Positions 23,312 through 33,954 of a stretch of DNA of 38,145 bases are shown piece after piece. The notes below the pieces were generated by a model. That model was given only the letters and a program-made list of their open reading frames with translations, was not told the origin of the DNA and made no database searches. Both the position numbers and the translations under genes were made by a program. The DNA lies in contig DATEOP010000280.1 of the NCBI GenBank assembly GCA_035274065.1, positions 1 to 38,145 on the forward strand, written 5' to 3'. The DNA is from Burkholderiaceae bacterium (GTDB lineage: Bacteria > Pseudomonadota > Gammaproteobacteria > Burkholderiales > Burkholderiaceae_F). Each line of letters starts with the position of its first letter. Within the stretch, counting starts at the first letter, position 1.

Positions 23312-23333
23312 TTCTTCTCATTCATGTGACCCG

Positions 23334-24638
23334 ATGAACGTCGACCGCAAACCGGTAGTGGTGATCATCGGCGCCGGATTCGGCGGCCTCGCCGCGGCGC
23401 GCGGCTTGCGTAATGCACCCGTCGAAGTGGTGGTGATTGATCGGGCCAATCACCATACGTTTCAGCCACTGCTTTATCAGGTGGCAACCGCTGGATTATC
23501 GGCGCCGCAAATCGCCTCGCCGATCCGGCATATTCTGCGTTCACAGAAAAATGCGCGTGTGTTACTGGCAGAAGCGATTTCAGTAGATACCGCAGCCAAG
23601 CGCGTCGTGCTCGTCGACGGCGAGGTCGAGTTTGATTACCTGATCGTTGCGGCGGGGCTGACACATTCGTACTTCGGCAACAATGCGTGGGCGGAACACG
23701 CACCCGGACTGAAAACGCTTGACGATGCACTCGAGATTCGCCGTCGCATCCTGCTCGCGTTCGAGCGCGCCGAGCGCGAGTCTGATGCGGCAAAGCGCGC
23801 AGCGTGGCTGACGTTCGTCGTTATTGGCGGCGGGCCGACGGGCGTTGAGCTTGCAGGCACGCTGGCCGAGATCGCGCGCCATACACTCACTGAGGAGTTC
23901 CGCGCAATCGACCCTGCGCGGGCGAGGGTGTTACTGTTGGAAGGCAGTTCGCGAATCCTTAACACTTATCCCGAAGTGTTGTCCGAGAAGGCCACTCGGC
24001 AACTGCAAAAACTCGGCGTTGAAGTCCGTGTCGATGCGCTCGTCAGCAATGTCGACGGGGAGGGTGCGACGATTAATGCGGGCCTTCGTAACCGCGAGCA
24101 AATACGCTCACGCACAGTGCTATGGGCCGCGGGAGTGCAGGCAACTGCACTCGCAAAGACATTGCCAGGTCCGCACGACAGAGCCGGTCGCCTATTGGTA
24201 ACGCCGACATTGCAACTGCCCGACGCGGATTCAGTTTTCGTGATCGGTGATCTGGCATCGGTTACGCAGGATGGCAAGCCAGTACCGGGTGTTGCATATG
24301 CAGCGAAGCAGATGGGCACGTATGTCGCGCACGAGATCGCGCAACGTCTCCGGTACGGCGCCGCAGAAAACGTGACTCCGTTTCGCTATATCGATCGCGG
24401 CGCGCTCGCAACGATCGGGCGCAAAGCAGCAGTTGCTGCGTTCCCTGGCGGCATTCGGTTATCGGGTCTCTTCGCTTGGTGGACTTGGCTCCTCGTCCAC
24501 ATTTTTTTCTTGATAGGTTTTCGCAATCGCATCACGACGATGGTCGATTGGATGCTCGCCTACATCACACACCAGCGCCACGCGCGCTTGATCTTCGGTG
24601 AAACGGCGACGCGGGAGGCAAAACAGCGTCCTTCGTGA
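23334..24638 (+). CDS. ndh: Type II NADH:quinone oxidoreductase (NDH-2)
   Basis: 434 aa. Two dinucleotide folds (VVVIIGAGFGGLAAA and FVVIGGGPTGVELAG) and a hydrophobic C-terminal membrane anchor, typical of Ndh. Confidence 0.9.
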   Translation: MNVDRKPVVVIIGAGFGGLAAARGLRNAPVEVVVIDRANHHTFQPLLYQVATAGLSAPQIASPIRHILRSQKNARVLLAEAISVDTAAKRVVLVDGEVEFDYLIVAAGLTHSYFGNNAWAEHAPGLKTLDDALEIRRRILLAFERAERESDAAKRAAWLTFVVIGGGPTGVELAGTLAEIARHTLTEEFRAIDPARARVLLLEGSSRILNTYPEVLSEKATRQLQKLGVEVRVDALVSNVDGEGATINAGLRNREQIRSRTVLWAAGVQATALAKTLPGPHDRAGRLLVTPTLQLPDADSVFVIGDLASVTQDGKPVPGVAYAAKQMGTYVAHEIAQRLRYGAAENVTPFRYIDRGALATIGRKAAVAAFPGGIRLSGLFAWWTWLLVHIFFLIGFRNRITTMVDWMLAYITHQRHARLIFGETATREAKQRPS

Positions 24639-24645
24639 GACTCCA

Positions 24646-24678
24646 CTTGCACAGGGCAAGCTATCCCTTTCTTTTCGC
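24646..24678 (+). terminator. Weak intrinsic terminator candidate after ndh
   Basis: CTTGC-ACAGG-GCAAG (5-bp stem) followed by the T-rich CTATCCCTTTCTTTTCGC. Confidence 0.35.
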
Positions 24679-24756
24679 ACACTATTCGACGTTCGGCCAG
24701 ACCGTAAACAAGCAGCCGTAAGTCATTGTGAACATTAAAAAATCCCCGTAATTCCC

Positions 24757-24786
24757 TTGACCGCGCATTCGACGAGGCCGTACAGT
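24757..24786 (+). promoter_or_regulatory. Candidate sigma-70 promoter of the dcw operon (Pmra): TTGACC-N18-TACAGT
   Basis: A good -35 (5/6) and an acceptable -10 (4/6), about 70 nt upstream of mraZ and immediately upstream of the GTGGG repeats. Confidence 0.4.
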
Positions 24787-24792
24787 CGCGCC

Positions 24793-24817
24793 GTGTCAAA
24801 AAGTGGGAGACAGTGGG
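24793..24817 (+). promoter_or_regulatory. Putative MraZ operator: three direct repeats with 10-nt phasing (GTGTC-N5-GTGGG-N5-GTGGG)
   Basis: In E. coli, MraZ binds TGGGN direct repeats separated by 5-nt spacers just downstream of Pmra. The same arrangement is visible here at 24793, 24803 and 24813. Confidence 0.5.
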
Positions 24818-24857
24818 CCAGTCAGGTTGCTCGTGCTTGACTACCCCAGGGGACGCT

Positions 24858-25286
24858 GTGTTTCAAGGAGCTTCGCAACTCACCCTTGACGCCAAGGGCC
24901 GTCTTTCGATGCCCAGTCGGCACCGAGACTCTCTTGCTGCTCACTGCGACGGCCGGCTAACGGTGACGCGTCACCCTGACGGGTGCTTGCTTGTGTACCC
25001 CCGGCCGACATGGGAGGCGCGCCGCGAGCAGATCGCGCAGTTGCCTTATTCAGCAAGAGCGCTACAGCGCCTGCTGCTCGGCAACGCGACCGATGTCGAC
25101 CTAGATGGCGCCGGTCGCCTGCTCGTGCCTACCGAATTGCGAGCAGGGGCGCAACTCGAGCGCGATCTGATGCTCCTCGGCATGGGAGCGCACTTCGAGC
25201 TATGGGACAGTGCGAAGCTTGCGGAGCACGAGCGTGCATCGCTGGCTGACGGCCTGCCCGAATCTGCCGCGCAGTTCACCTTCTAG
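24858..25286 (+). CDS. mraZ: Transcriptional regulator MraZ
   Basis: MFQGASQLTLDAKGRLSMPSRHRDSL... is the canonical MraZ N-terminus (GTG start at 24858). The track's start at 24813 is over-extended. Confidence 0.93.
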   Translation: MFQGASQLTLDAKGRLSMPSRHRDSLAAHCDGRLTVTRHPDGCLLVYPRPTWEARREQIAQLPYSARALQRLLLGNATDVDLDGAGRLLVPTELRAGAQLERDLMLLGMGAHFELWDSAKLAEHERASLADGLPESAAQFTF

Positions 25287-25302
25287 CCCTCGTTGAACGT
25301 GG

Positions 25303-26301
25303 ATGCCTCGTCCCCTATCGCCGATTGCAGGCGAGCACAGTTCGGTCCTCGCGCGACCCGCAGTCGATGCGCTGCTGACCGACCCCGACGGGATTTACAT
25401 CGATGCGACATTTGGCCGCGGCGGTCATTCCCGATTGATTCTGCAGCGGCTGTCGCCCAACGGCCGTTTGATTGCGCTCGATCGCGATCCGCTGGCGGTC
25501 GATGCAGCGCGATCCATATCCGATCCGCGTTTTCACGCCGAACACACGCCGTTTTCACGGCTGCGAGCCACGCTCGACACGCTGTCGGTTTCGCAAGTGC
25601 AGGGAGTGCTGTTTGATGTGGGAGTGTCATCTCCGCAGATCGACGATCCATCGCGCGGATTTTCGTTGCGCGCCGACGGGCCGCTTGACATGCGCATGGA
25701 TTCCACGCGCGGAGAGACGGCAGCCGAGTGGCTCGCACGCGCTTCTTTCGAAGAGTTGACGCAAGTGATTCGTGACTATGGCGAAGAGCGGTTTGCTGCA
25801 CCGATTGCAAAGGCGATTGTTGCTCGCCGCGCAGAGGCGGTCACAGGTGGCGCGCCCCCGCTTTCGACGACCTCAGAGCTTGCGGCTCTGGTCGCCCACG
25901 CTGCCGGCCGGAGTCGCAAAGATACATCTCAGCATCCTGCGACCAGGACCTTTCAGGCTATACGGATTCACATCAATCAGGAACTTGAGGAATTGTCGCT
26001 GGCACTCGAACAAGCGGGTTCGACGTTGACGGTCGGTGGCCGTCTGGTCGCGATAAGTTTTCATTCGCTCGAGGATCGCATCGTCAAGCGCTTTATCGAT
26101 GCGCACCATCATCCCGAGCGCGCCAGTGCTGATCAGCGGCGCATGCCGTTGCGTGCCGACCAGCTGCCACGTCCGACGCTTGTCGCCCGCGGACGCATTT
26201 ATCCCGACGACGATGAGATACGAGCTAATCCGCGCGCGCGCAGTGCTGTGATGCGCGTTGCCGAGCGCACTGATGAACCGTGGCCCGGGGCTAGCCGATG
26301 A
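25303..26301 (+). CDS. rsmH: 16S rRNA (cytosine1402-N4)-methyltransferase RsmH (MraW)
   Basis: [18 protein letters not shown] is the SAM-binding motif. [17 protein letters not shown] and [12 protein letters not shown] are conserved RsmH blocks. Confidence 0.93.
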   Translation: MPRPLSPIAGEHSSVLARPAVDALLTDPDGIYIDATFGRGGHSRLILQRLSPNGRLIALDRDPLAVDAARSISDPRFHAEHTPFSRLRATLDTLSVSQVQGVLFDVGVSSPQIDDPSRGFSLRADGPLDMRMDSTRGETAAEWLARASFEELTQVIRDYGEERFAAPIAKAIVARRAEAVTGGAPPLSTTSELAALVAHAAGRSRKDTSQHPATRTFQAIRIHINQELEELSLALEQAGSTLTVGGRLVAISFHSLEDRIVKRFIDAHHHPERASADQRRMPLRADQLPRPTLVARGRIYPDDDEIRANPRARSAVMRVAERTDEPWPGASR

Positions 26302-26582
26302 TTCGGCCCGCGCTCGTTATCCTGATCGGCGCATTGCTGTTTGCGTCCGCACTGTCGCTGATCACGGCGCAGCACCGGTCACGCTCGTTATTTATCGATC
26401 TAGAGCGCACGCAAGTCGATGCAAAGCGGCTTGAGGTCGACTATGACCGTCTGCGCATAGAGCAATCGCGCCTTTCTCAGCCAGCGCACGTTGAAACCGA
26501 GGCCCGGAAGATCGGGTTAAAGCCGATCGACTCCGCGCGGACGATCTTTGTGAATCTGCCAGCGCCGGAGCCGAACAAATGA
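26298..26582 (+). CDS. ftsL: Cell division protein FtsL
   Basis: 94-aa bitopic protein ([20 protein letters not shown], then a coiled coil) at the canonical position. Both ends overlap their neighbours as ATGA. Confidence 0.85.
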   Translation: MIRPALVILIGALLFASALSLITAQHRSRSLFIDLERTQVDAKRLEVDYDRLRIEQSRLSQPAHVETEARKIGLKPIDSARTIFVNLPAPEPNK

Positions 26583-28366
26583 CGCGCTTTCCCGAAGCGA
26601 AGCGCGCGCGCGGCGCACGGAGAGCTGTCCGGCGTGATCGTGCCGAGCGGTTCGGATTCAATGCCAATCCGTTGCTGACGGTTGCGTTGCCCGCATGGCG
26701 GTCAAAACTGATGTTGTTTCTTCTCTTCATTGGCTTTCTTGCACTTGCGGGCCGGTCGTTCTACCTGATGGGAGGCGTGTCCACTGGCTTCCTGCAGCGG
26801 CAGGGTGAAGCGCGGTACGCGCGCACGCTCGAGATCCCGGCAACGCGCGGCCGCATCACGGATCGCAACGGTGTGGTTCTGGCGTCATCGGTGCCAGCGC
26901 GCGCAGTGTGGGCGATTCCGGAAGACGTCGATGCCACGCCGGATCAGTTGAACGCACTGGCACGCCTGCTACAGATGAGCGCCGGCGAGCTGAAGCGACG
27001 ACTTGCCGATGACGATCGCACCTTCGTATACCTGCGCCGACAGGTGGATGCGGATATCGCCGAACGGATTGCAGCCTTGAAGCTCGCAGGTATCCATTCG
27101 ACGCGCGAATTCAAACGTCACTATCCCGAAGGTGCGACCAATGCCCATGTGCTTGGGTTCACCAACGTCGAGGACCGGGGCCAGGAAGGTATTGAGCTCG
27201 CACACGAGCGGCTGCTCGCAGGCCGCGCGGGAAGCCGACGCGTGATCAAGGATCGGCTCGGACGCATCGTTGAAGACGACTGGCTGCGGGAACCACTCGA
27301 TGGCAAAGATCTCGCACTGTCAATCGACAATCGCATTCAGTACATCGCGCACGCCGCGCTGAAGAACGCACTCGACAAATCGCGCGCCAAAGCGGGTGCG
27401 GCGATTGTGTTCGACGTGAAGACCGGCGAGATCCTTGCACTCGCCAACCTTCCGAGTTTTGATCCGAACCTGCGAGGCCGGCTCGCCGGTGATGCGATTC
27501 GTAATCGCGTGCTGACCGACACGTTCGAGCCCGGTTCGACGATGAAGCCCTTTTCTGTTGCTGCTGCGCTGGAAGCCGGCAAGGTAAAGGTCGACACGCG
27601 GATACAGACCGCACCGGGCCGCCTGACGATCGGCAATCGAACGATTGGCGATGCGCACGTGCACGGAATGCTGACAGTCGAAGAGGTCGTAGCCAAGTCG
27701 AGCAACGTTGGCACCGCAAAAATCGCGCTCGATCTGCCTGCGCAGACACTGTGGGAAACATACACCAGCGTTGGCTTCGGGCAGGCACCACGGCTCGATT
27801 TTCCGGGTGCCGTTGCCGGGCGATTGCGGCCGGCAAAAACCTGGCGCCCGATAGAGCAGGCGACGATTTCATACGGTCATGGCGTGTCCGTCACGCTGAT
27901 TCAGCTTGCGCGCGCTTACGCGGTGTTCGCCAACGATGGGTGGCTGGTACCGCTGACGCTACTGAAGGCCGACACGACTGCGATGCCGGTGCGCGCCATG
28001 TCGCAGGAAACCGCAAGGGCGATGCGCAGAATGCTCGAAATGGCCGTCGGTCCCGAAGGCACCGCGCCTGCCGCACGTATTCCAGCGTATCGAGTCGCAG
28101 GAAAGACCGGCACCGCTTACAAGATCAAAAATGGACAGTATGTGAAGGAATACGTCGCGTCTTTCGTCGGCTTCGCGCCGGTAACCGACCCGCGCATCGT
28201 GGTTGCCGTAATGATCGATGAGCCGGCCGGACAACACTACGGCGGTCAAGTTGCTGCGCCCGTGTTTGCGGCAATCACGGCAAGTGCGTTGCGCACATTG
28301 CAGGTGGCACCCGACGCACCGCTTGAGCCGAGCCGCGAGATGGTTGCGCTGCGGAGAGCACCGTGA
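26579..28366 (+). CDS. ftsI: Peptidoglycan D,D-transpeptidase FtsI (PBP3)
   Basis: STMKP, SSN and KTGT motifs, plus an N-terminal TM anchor. Confidence 0.95.
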   Translation: MTRFPEAKRARGARRAVRRDRAERFGFNANPLLTVALPAWRSKLMLFLLFIGFLALAGRSFYLMGGVSTGFLQRQGEARYARTLEIPATRGRITDRNGVVLASSVPARAVWAIPEDVDATPDQLNALARLLQMSAGELKRRLADDDRTFVYLRRQVDADIAERIAALKLAGIHSTREFKRHYPEGATNAHVLGFTNVEDRGQEGIELAHERLLAGRAGSRRVIKDRLGRIVEDDWLREPLDGKDLALSIDNRIQYIAHAALKNALDKSRAKAGAAIVFDVKTGEILALANLPSFDPNLRGRLAGDAIRNRVLTDTFEPGSTMKPFSVAAALEAGKVKVDTRIQTAPGRLTIGNRTIGDAHVHGMLTVEEVVAKSSNVGTAKIALDLPAQTLWETYTSVGFGQAPRLDFPGAVAGRLRPAKTWRPIEQATISYGHGVSVTLIQLARAYAVFANDGWLVPLTLLKADTTAMPVRAMSQETARAMRRMLEMAVGPEGTAPAARIPAYRVAGKTGTAYKIKNGQYVKEYVASFVGFAPVTDPRIVVAVMIDEPAGQHYGGQVAAPVFAAITASALRTLQVAPDAPLEPSREMVALRRAP

Positions 28367-29922
28367 ACAGCGTCAACTCAGCGGAGAAGACGGCGATCGA
28401 GGCCCTGGGCTGGCTGCACCGGGTCGCACCGTCGGTATTCGCGGATCGGCGCGACCTGCACCTGGACAACAGACATTTGAAGCGTGGTGATGTGTTCGTT
28501 GCGCTGCGCGGAGAAAGAGTCGACGGCCGTGATTTCGTGAACGCTGCTGCCGCAGTGGGAGCAGCGGCTGCGCTGGTAGAGGCGGAGGGTTGGACTGGCG
28601 GCGCTTCATCAACAGAACGTCCACTTCCGATACTTCCGGTGAGCAATTTGCGCACTGTGCTTGGGTCGCTCGCTGCAGAGTTCTATCGTCGACCCAGCGA
28701 GCATCTGCTGTCGATCGGAGTGACGGGGACCAACGGCAAGACATCGTCGACGCAGTGGATCGCCCAGTTGCTGACGCGAGCGGGCCGGCGTTGTGCGGTC
28801 ATCGGCACGATAGGAATCGGATTTGTAGATCAGCCTTTGGCGGAGTCATCTCTGACAACGCCGGATCCCGTCTCATTGCAGCGCGAAGTACGCGCTTTGC
28901 TCGATGCGGGTGCGCAGGCGATTGCGATGGAAGTTTCGTCGATCGGACTCGAGCAGGGACGGCTAAACGGCCTAAAGCTCGACATCGCACTGTTCACAAA
29001 TCTGTCGCGTGACCACCTTGACTATCACGGCACGATGCAACGGTACGAGGCGGCGAAGTCTTTGTTGTTTGATTGGCCTACGCTGTCGCACGCTGTTATC
29101 AATCTGGACGACGTAGCGGGCCGTCGACTGATACCCAAACTCATCGAACGCGGCGTCGACGTCATCGGGTACAGCACGACCGACGCGGGACACGCGCAAG
29201 TTTCGCATCGGCTGACCGCGCGTGCCGTTCGCGCCACGTCTGACGGTTTGGCGTTCGAAGCCGAGCTCGACGGCCACAGGATTGCGATCGAGGTCCCCCT
29301 GGTTGGTCAATTCAACGTCGAGAACCTGCTGGGTGTTCTGGGGGTGATGCACGCGTGCGGTATCGATTTTGCAGATGCAGCAGCAACATTGCCGCAACTG
29401 CAGCCGCCTCCCGGTCGGATGCAGCAAATCGCACTGCCTGACGCGCCGCTGGCTGTTATCGATTATGCGCATACGCCTGACGCGCTGGCGAAAGCGCTCG
29501 CGGCGCTACGCCCACTCGTCAAGGCCCGCGGGCAAAGCGGCAAACTGTGGGTTGTCTTTGGCGCGGGAGGCGACCGCGATGCCGGCAAGCGCGCGCCGAT
29601 GGGTGCGGCTGCTGCGCAAGGCGCGGACGTGATCGTCGTTACCAGCGATAACCCACGTTCCGAAAATGCGGAAGCGATCGCCTCGCAGGTTGCCGCCGGC
29701 GCAACAAGCGCGCGCAACCTGATCACGATGGTTGATCGCAGTCGCGCGATCGACCATGCAATTGCACATGCACGGCCGGCCGACGTCATTCTGATCGCCG
29801 GAAAAGGCCACGAGAGCTATCAGGTTATCGGCGCCAAGAAGCTGCCGTTTTCGGATCAGGCACACGCGCGCGCTGCACTCGCTCGCCGCGTTGATCTCGA
29901 AGGTGCCGCATGTCGGCACTGA
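28363..29922 (+). CDS. murE: UDP-N-acetylmuramoyl-L-alanyl-D-glutamate--2,6-diaminopimelate ligase MurE
   Basis: [11 protein letters not shown]-loop and a DNPR motif (TSDNPRSE), at the canonical position. The GTG start overlaps the ftsI stop. Confidence 0.93.
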   Translation: MNSVNSAEKTAIEALGWLHRVAPSVFADRRDLHLDNRHLKRGDVFVALRGERVDGRDFVNAAAAVGAAAALVEAEGWTGGASSTERPLPILPVSNLRTVLGSLAAEFYRRPSEHLLSIGVTGTNGKTSSTQWIAQLLTRAGRRCAVIGTIGIGFVDQPLAESSLTTPDPVSLQREVRALLDAGAQAIAMEVSSIGLEQGRLNGLKLDIALFTNLSRDHLDYHGTMQRYEAAKSLLFDWPTLSHAVINLDDVAGRRLIPKLIERGVDVIGYSTTDAGHAQVSHRLTARAVRATSDGLAFEAELDGHRIAIEVPLVGQFNVENLLGVLGVMHACGIDFADAAATLPQLQPPPGRMQQIALPDAPLAVIDYAHTPDALAKALAALRPLVKARGQSGKLWVVFGAGGDRDAGKRAPMGAAAAQGADVIVVTSDNPRSENAEAIASQVAAGATSARNLITMVDRSRAIDHAIAHARPADVILIAGKGHESYQVIGAKKLPFSDQAHARAALARRVDLEGAACRH

Positions 29923-31295
29923 TGACCGTCGGCGAACTCGCGCGCGTGCTCATCGCGAGTGCGATGCCGGCAGATGTGATCGGCGATGGTAGAGCGGGCT
30001 TTACCGGAGTCTCGACTGACTCTCGCTCGCTGAAAGAAGGTGCTCTGTTCGTGGCCTTACGTGGCGAGCGCTTTGATGGCCATGATTACGTCGCACGCGC
30101 TATCGAAAGCGGCGCGGCGGCGGCGTTGGTCGAGCGGCGCGTCGATGTCGACGCCCCGCAGCTGATCGTTGCTGATAGCAAACGCGGTTTCGGCGTAGCA
30201 GCTGGCGTCTGGCGCTCGCGCTTTGCGCTGCCAGTCATTGCCGTGGCGGGCAGCAACGGCAAGACCACGGTGACTCAGATGATTGCCGCGATCCTCGCTG
30301 CGGCATACGGCGAAAAAAACCGACTGGCAACGCTAGGCAACTTGAACAACGACATCGGCGTTCCATTGATGCTGTGGCAGCTATCAAAGCAGCATCGCGC
30401 TGCCGTGTTGGAACTCGGCATGAACCACCCTGGTGAAATTGCGTATCTCGCGCAACTCGTGCACCCCACTGTCGCGCTTGTGAACAACGCACAGCGCGAG
30501 CACCAGGAGTTCATGCAATCGGTGGAGGCGACGGCCTTTGAGAACGGCGAGATCCTTGCGGCGTTGTCCGACGATGGTGTCGCCGTATTTCCGGCAGATG
30601 ATCCGTGCGCATCGATTTGGCGTCAGCTGGCAGGGACACGGCGCATGATCGATTTCGCGCTTAAAGCTTATGCCGTCGTTACGGCGACCTTTCAGGCGGA
30701 CAACGACGGCGTGCGAATTTCCATGGCAACTCCATACGGCGTCATCGACGTGCGACTCGCAGCCGGCGGCGAACACAACGTGCGCAACGCATTGGCTGCT
30801 GCAGCATGCGCGATTGCTGCCGACATCGGTGCCGAGGCGATCGGTACCGGTTTGAACGCATGGCGTCCCGTTGCCGGACGCGGTGTGAAGCTGCACGTCA
30901 ATGGTTATGACGTCATCGACGATACGTACAACGCGAATCCAGATTCCGTGCGTGCAGCCATCGATTTGCTGGCAGGCGCAGCGACGCCCCGTGTACTTGT
31001 GCTGGGGGATATGGGGGAAGTCGGAGCACGCGGGCCCGAGTTCCACCGCGAGGTCGGCCAGTACGCGGGCGAACGCGGAATCGAGACGCTGTTTGCGATC
31101 GGTCCGTTATCACGCGAGACAACACAAGCGTTCGGTGCAGACGGGGCTCATTTTGACGACATCGATGCGCTAATCGCCGCGCTGCGCTCACATGTGCGGC
31201 CCGCTATGACCGTTTTGATCAAGGGTTCTCGCTTCATGCGGATGGAACGCGTCGTGCAGGCGCTTGGAGCGCAAAAAATGGAACCGGTGCACTGA
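29910..31295 (+). CDS. murF: UDP-N-acetylmuramoyl-tripeptide--D-alanyl-D-alanine ligase MurF
   Basis: [11 protein letters not shown]-loop, DTYNANPDS, at the canonical position. An alternative ATG is at 29922. Confidence 0.93.
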   Translation: MSALMTVGELARVLIASAMPADVIGDGRAGFTGVSTDSRSLKEGALFVALRGERFDGHDYVARAIESGAAAALVERRVDVDAPQLIVADSKRGFGVAAGVWRSRFALPVIAVAGSNGKTTVTQMIAAILAAAYGEKNRLATLGNLNNDIGVPLMLWQLSKQHRAAVLELGMNHPGEIAYLAQLVHPTVALVNNAQREHQEFMQSVEATAFENGEILAALSDDGVAVFPADDPCASIWRQLAGTRRMIDFALKAYAVVTATFQADNDGVRISMATPYGVIDVRLAAGGEHNVRNALAAAACAIAADIGAEAIGTGLNAWRPVAGRGVKLHVNGYDVIDDTYNANPDSVRAAIDLLAGAATPRVLVLGDMGEVGARGPEFHREVGQYAGERGIETLFAIGPLSRETTQAFGADGAHFDDIDALIAALRSHVRPAMTVLIKGSRFMRMERVVQALGAQKMEPVH

Positions 31296-32449
31296 TGCTG
31301 CTCGAGCTTTTCGAGTGGCTGGCGCGCGACATTCGTTCGTTCAACGTCTTCTCGTATCTCACGCTTCGCGCTGTGCTGGCTGCGGCCACCGCAATGTTGA
31401 TCGGTCTGGCGGCAGGCCCATTCGTGATACGGCGTCTGGCCGCGTTGAAGATCGGGCAGGCGGTGCGACAAGACGGCCCGCAGTCGCACCTCACCAAGAC
31501 CGGCACGCCAACGATGGGCGGCGCTTTGATTCTGATTGCGATCGGCGTCACGACACTGCTGTGGGCCGACCTGTCGAATCGTTTTATCTGGGTAACGCTG
31601 ATCGTCACGCTTGGATTCGGGATGATCGGCTGGATCGATGACTACCGGAAAGTGGTGCACGGCAACCCCAAAGGCATGAGCGCACGAGAGAAGTACGCAT
31701 GGCAGTCCGCGATCGGTCTGGCAGCGTCGTTCTACCTCGCATTTGCGATCGCCGCCCCTTCGACCGACCGTATCTGGGACCTGATGCATCAGTGGGTGAC
31801 CCAAGGCTTTTACATCGATTTGCCACCGCGCTCGGATCTACTGGTCCCGTTTTTCAAAAACATCGCTTATCCGCTCGGCGTATTCGGATTCGTTGTGCTG
31901 TCATACCTGGTGATTGTTGGAACGAGCAACGCGGTGAATCTGACCGACGGGCTGGATGGCCTCGCCATCATGCCCACGGTGATGATCGGCGCCGCACTCG
32001 GTGTATTCGCATACGTTGTCGGGCGCGCTGATTTCGCGCGCTACCTGCTGTTCCCATACATCCCCGGCGCGGGTGAGCTCGTCATCATTTGTGCTGCGAT
32101 CGCGGGTGCTGGCCTCGCATTCCTCTGGTTCAACGCATATCCAGCGGAAGTGTTCATGGGCGACGTCGGTGCGCTCGCGCTAGGCGGTGCTCTTGGAACG
32201 ATCGCAGTGATCGCACGCCAGGAAATTGTGCTGTTCATCATGGGTGGCGTGTTCGTCGTCGAAACCGTTTCGGTGATGTTGCAGGTCGCCTACTTCAGGT
32301 CGAGCGGAGGTCGCCGCATCTTTCGAATGGCGCCGCTGCACCATCATTTCGAGTTATCGGGGTGGAAGGAGACGCAGGTCGTCGTGCGCTTCTGGATCAT
32401 CACGATGATGCTGGTCTTGATCGGCTTGTCGACGCTGAAGATTCGATGA
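31295..32449 (+). CDS. mraY: Phospho-N-acetylmuramoyl-pentapeptide transferase MraY
   Basis: Polytopic membrane protein with Kx[20 protein letters not shown] and HHHFE motifs. Confidence 0.95.
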   Translation: MLLELFEWLARDIRSFNVFSYLTLRAVLAAATAMLIGLAAGPFVIRRLAALKIGQAVRQDGPQSHLTKTGTPTMGGALILIAIGVTTLLWADLSNRFIWVTLIVTLGFGMIGWIDDYRKVVHGNPKGMSAREKYAWQSAIGLAASFYLAFAIAAPSTDRIWDLMHQWVTQGFYIDLPPRSDLLVPFFKNIAYPLGVFGFVVLSYLVIVGTSNAVNLTDGLDGLAIMPTVMIGAALGVFAYVVGRADFARYLLFPYIPGAGELVIICAAIAGAGLAFLWFNAYPAEVFMGDVGALALGGALGTIAVIARQEIVLFIMGGVFVVETVSVMLQVAYFRSSGGRRIFRMAPLHHHFELSGWKETQVVVRFWIITMMLVLIGLSTLKIR

Positions 32450-33954
32450 CAGATCCGGCAGCGAAATCGGCACTTGTGCTTGGCCTCGGAGACAGCGGAC
32501 TCGCAATGGCGCGGTTTCTGCTCTCGCGCGGCGCTACGGTGCGAGTCGCGGACACGCGCGCCGATGCACCACGGCTCACGCAGCTGCGCACTGAACTACC
32601 GCAGGTCGACTTCGTTGCCGGCGACTTGTCATTAACCCTATTGGATGGCGTCGAGCTGTTGGCACTCAGCCCAGGGCTGTCGCCGACGCTTTCGGCTGCG
32701 GCGCCGCTCGTTAAGGTCGCACACAAGCGCAAGATCGAAGTCGTCGGTGAGATTGAGCTGTTTGCGCGCGAATTGGCACGATTGAAAGTCGACTCGGGCT
32801 ACGCGCCGCAGATCGTCGGCGTGACGGGAACGAACGGTAAGACGACGACCTGCAGGCTGGCGGGTTTGATGATCGAGGCTGCCGGAAAGCGTGTGCAAGT
32901 CGCCGGCAATATCGGGCCGGTCGCTCTCGACGCGCTGCGCGCCCGAGTCGCAGACAACGATCTACCCGACGTGTGGGTGCTCGAGCTCTCGAGCTTTCAA
33001 CTTGCAACGACACGTTCGCTGGTGTGCGACGCCGCTGCGGTGCTGAATATCACCGATGACCATCTTGACTGGCACGACACGCTCGAGGCCTACGCCGCTG
33101 CAAAGGCGCGCATCTTTTCGCCGAAGACGGTGCGGATACTGAATCGTGACGACGCAAGAGTCGCCGCGATGACCCGGAAAGACAGCGCCATTGCTACGTT
33201 CGGCGAACAGGCGCCTGAGTCAGGCAACGCATACGGAATCGTCATCGATCAGGGCGTGGCCTGGCTTGCCTGGGCCGAAGACCCAAGTGCTCCGGCACGG
33301 CGACGGAAAATTGAAGATCCACTGTCGCTCTCGCAGGATCCACCTTCGGTGAGAATTCATCGGCTGATGCCTGTCGATGCGCTTGCACTGCGCGGACGGC
33401 ACAACGCGATGAATGCGCTGGCGGCCCTCGCACTGGCTCGCGCGATCGACTGTCCACTGGCGCCGATGATGCATGCGCTGAGCCGCTACGTCGGTGAGCC
33501 GCATCGATTGCAACGGATCGCCACGATCGACGGTGTGGAGTACTACAACGACAGCAAGGGGACCAATGTCGGTGCGACTGTTGCCGCGCTCGCGGGCCTT
33601 GGCGCGGAAGGAAAGAAGCTCGTCCTCATCGCGGGTGGCGATGGCAAGGGACAGAACTTCGGGCCGCTCGCGGCACCTGTCGAGCGCCACGCGCGCGCGA
33701 CCGTTGTAATCGGCCGCGACGCCGCTGCGATTCGTTCTGCGCTCGAGCACGGAGCGCCCAGCGTTCCGGTAGTCGACGCGGACACGCTTGAGCAAGCAGT
33801 TGATATTGCATCGGCGCACGCGCGCGCTGGTGACGCCGTGCTGCTGTCTCCCGCGTGTGCAAGCTTCGACATGTTTCGGAACTACATCCACCGTGGCGAG
33901 GTCTTCGCCGAAGCCGTGCGTGAGTTAGTCGCGGAAACGGGGCAGCCATCATGA
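32446..33954 (+). CDS. murD: UDP-N-acetylmuramoylalanine--D-glutamate ligase MurD
   Basis: [26 protein letters not shown]-terminus and a [11 protein letters not shown]-loop. The ATG at 32446 overlaps the mraY stop (ATGA). The track ORF from 32089 is over-extended into mraY. Confidence 0.93.
   Translation: MTDPAAKSALVLGLGDSGLAMARFLLSRGATVRVADTRADAPRLTQLRTELPQVDFVAGDLSLTLLDGVELLALSPGLSPTLSAAAPLVKVAHKRKIEVVGEIELFARELARLKVDSGYAPQIVGVTGTNGKTTTCRLAGLMIEAAGKRVQVAGNIGPVALDALRARVADNDLPDVWVLELSSFQLATTRSLVCDAAAVLNITDDHLDWHDTLEAYAAAKARIFSPKTVRILNRDDARVAAMTRKDSAIATFGEQAPESGNAYGIVIDQGVAWLAWAEDPSAPARRRKIEDPLSLSQDPPSVRIHRLMPVDALALRGRHNAMNALAALALARAIDCPLAPMMHALSRYVGEPHRLQRIATIDGVEYYNDSKGTNVGATVAALAGLGAEGKKLVLIAGGDGKGQNFGPLAAPVERHARATVVIGRDAAAIRSALEHGAPSVPVVDADTLEQAVDIASAHARAGDAVLLSPACASFDMFRNYIHRGEVFAEAVRELVAETGQPS

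Noticed and set aside
32089-32445. N-terminal extensions of track ORFs: murD from 32089, murG from 35057, murC from 36300, mraZ from 24813, the hybrid kinase from 13891, the hypothetical gene to 6152, fliT from 4234.
   Set aside because: The extensions overlap the preceding well-supported genes or lack protein-like sequence. The canonical N-termini start at internal ATG or GTG codons, often overlapping the upstream stop.
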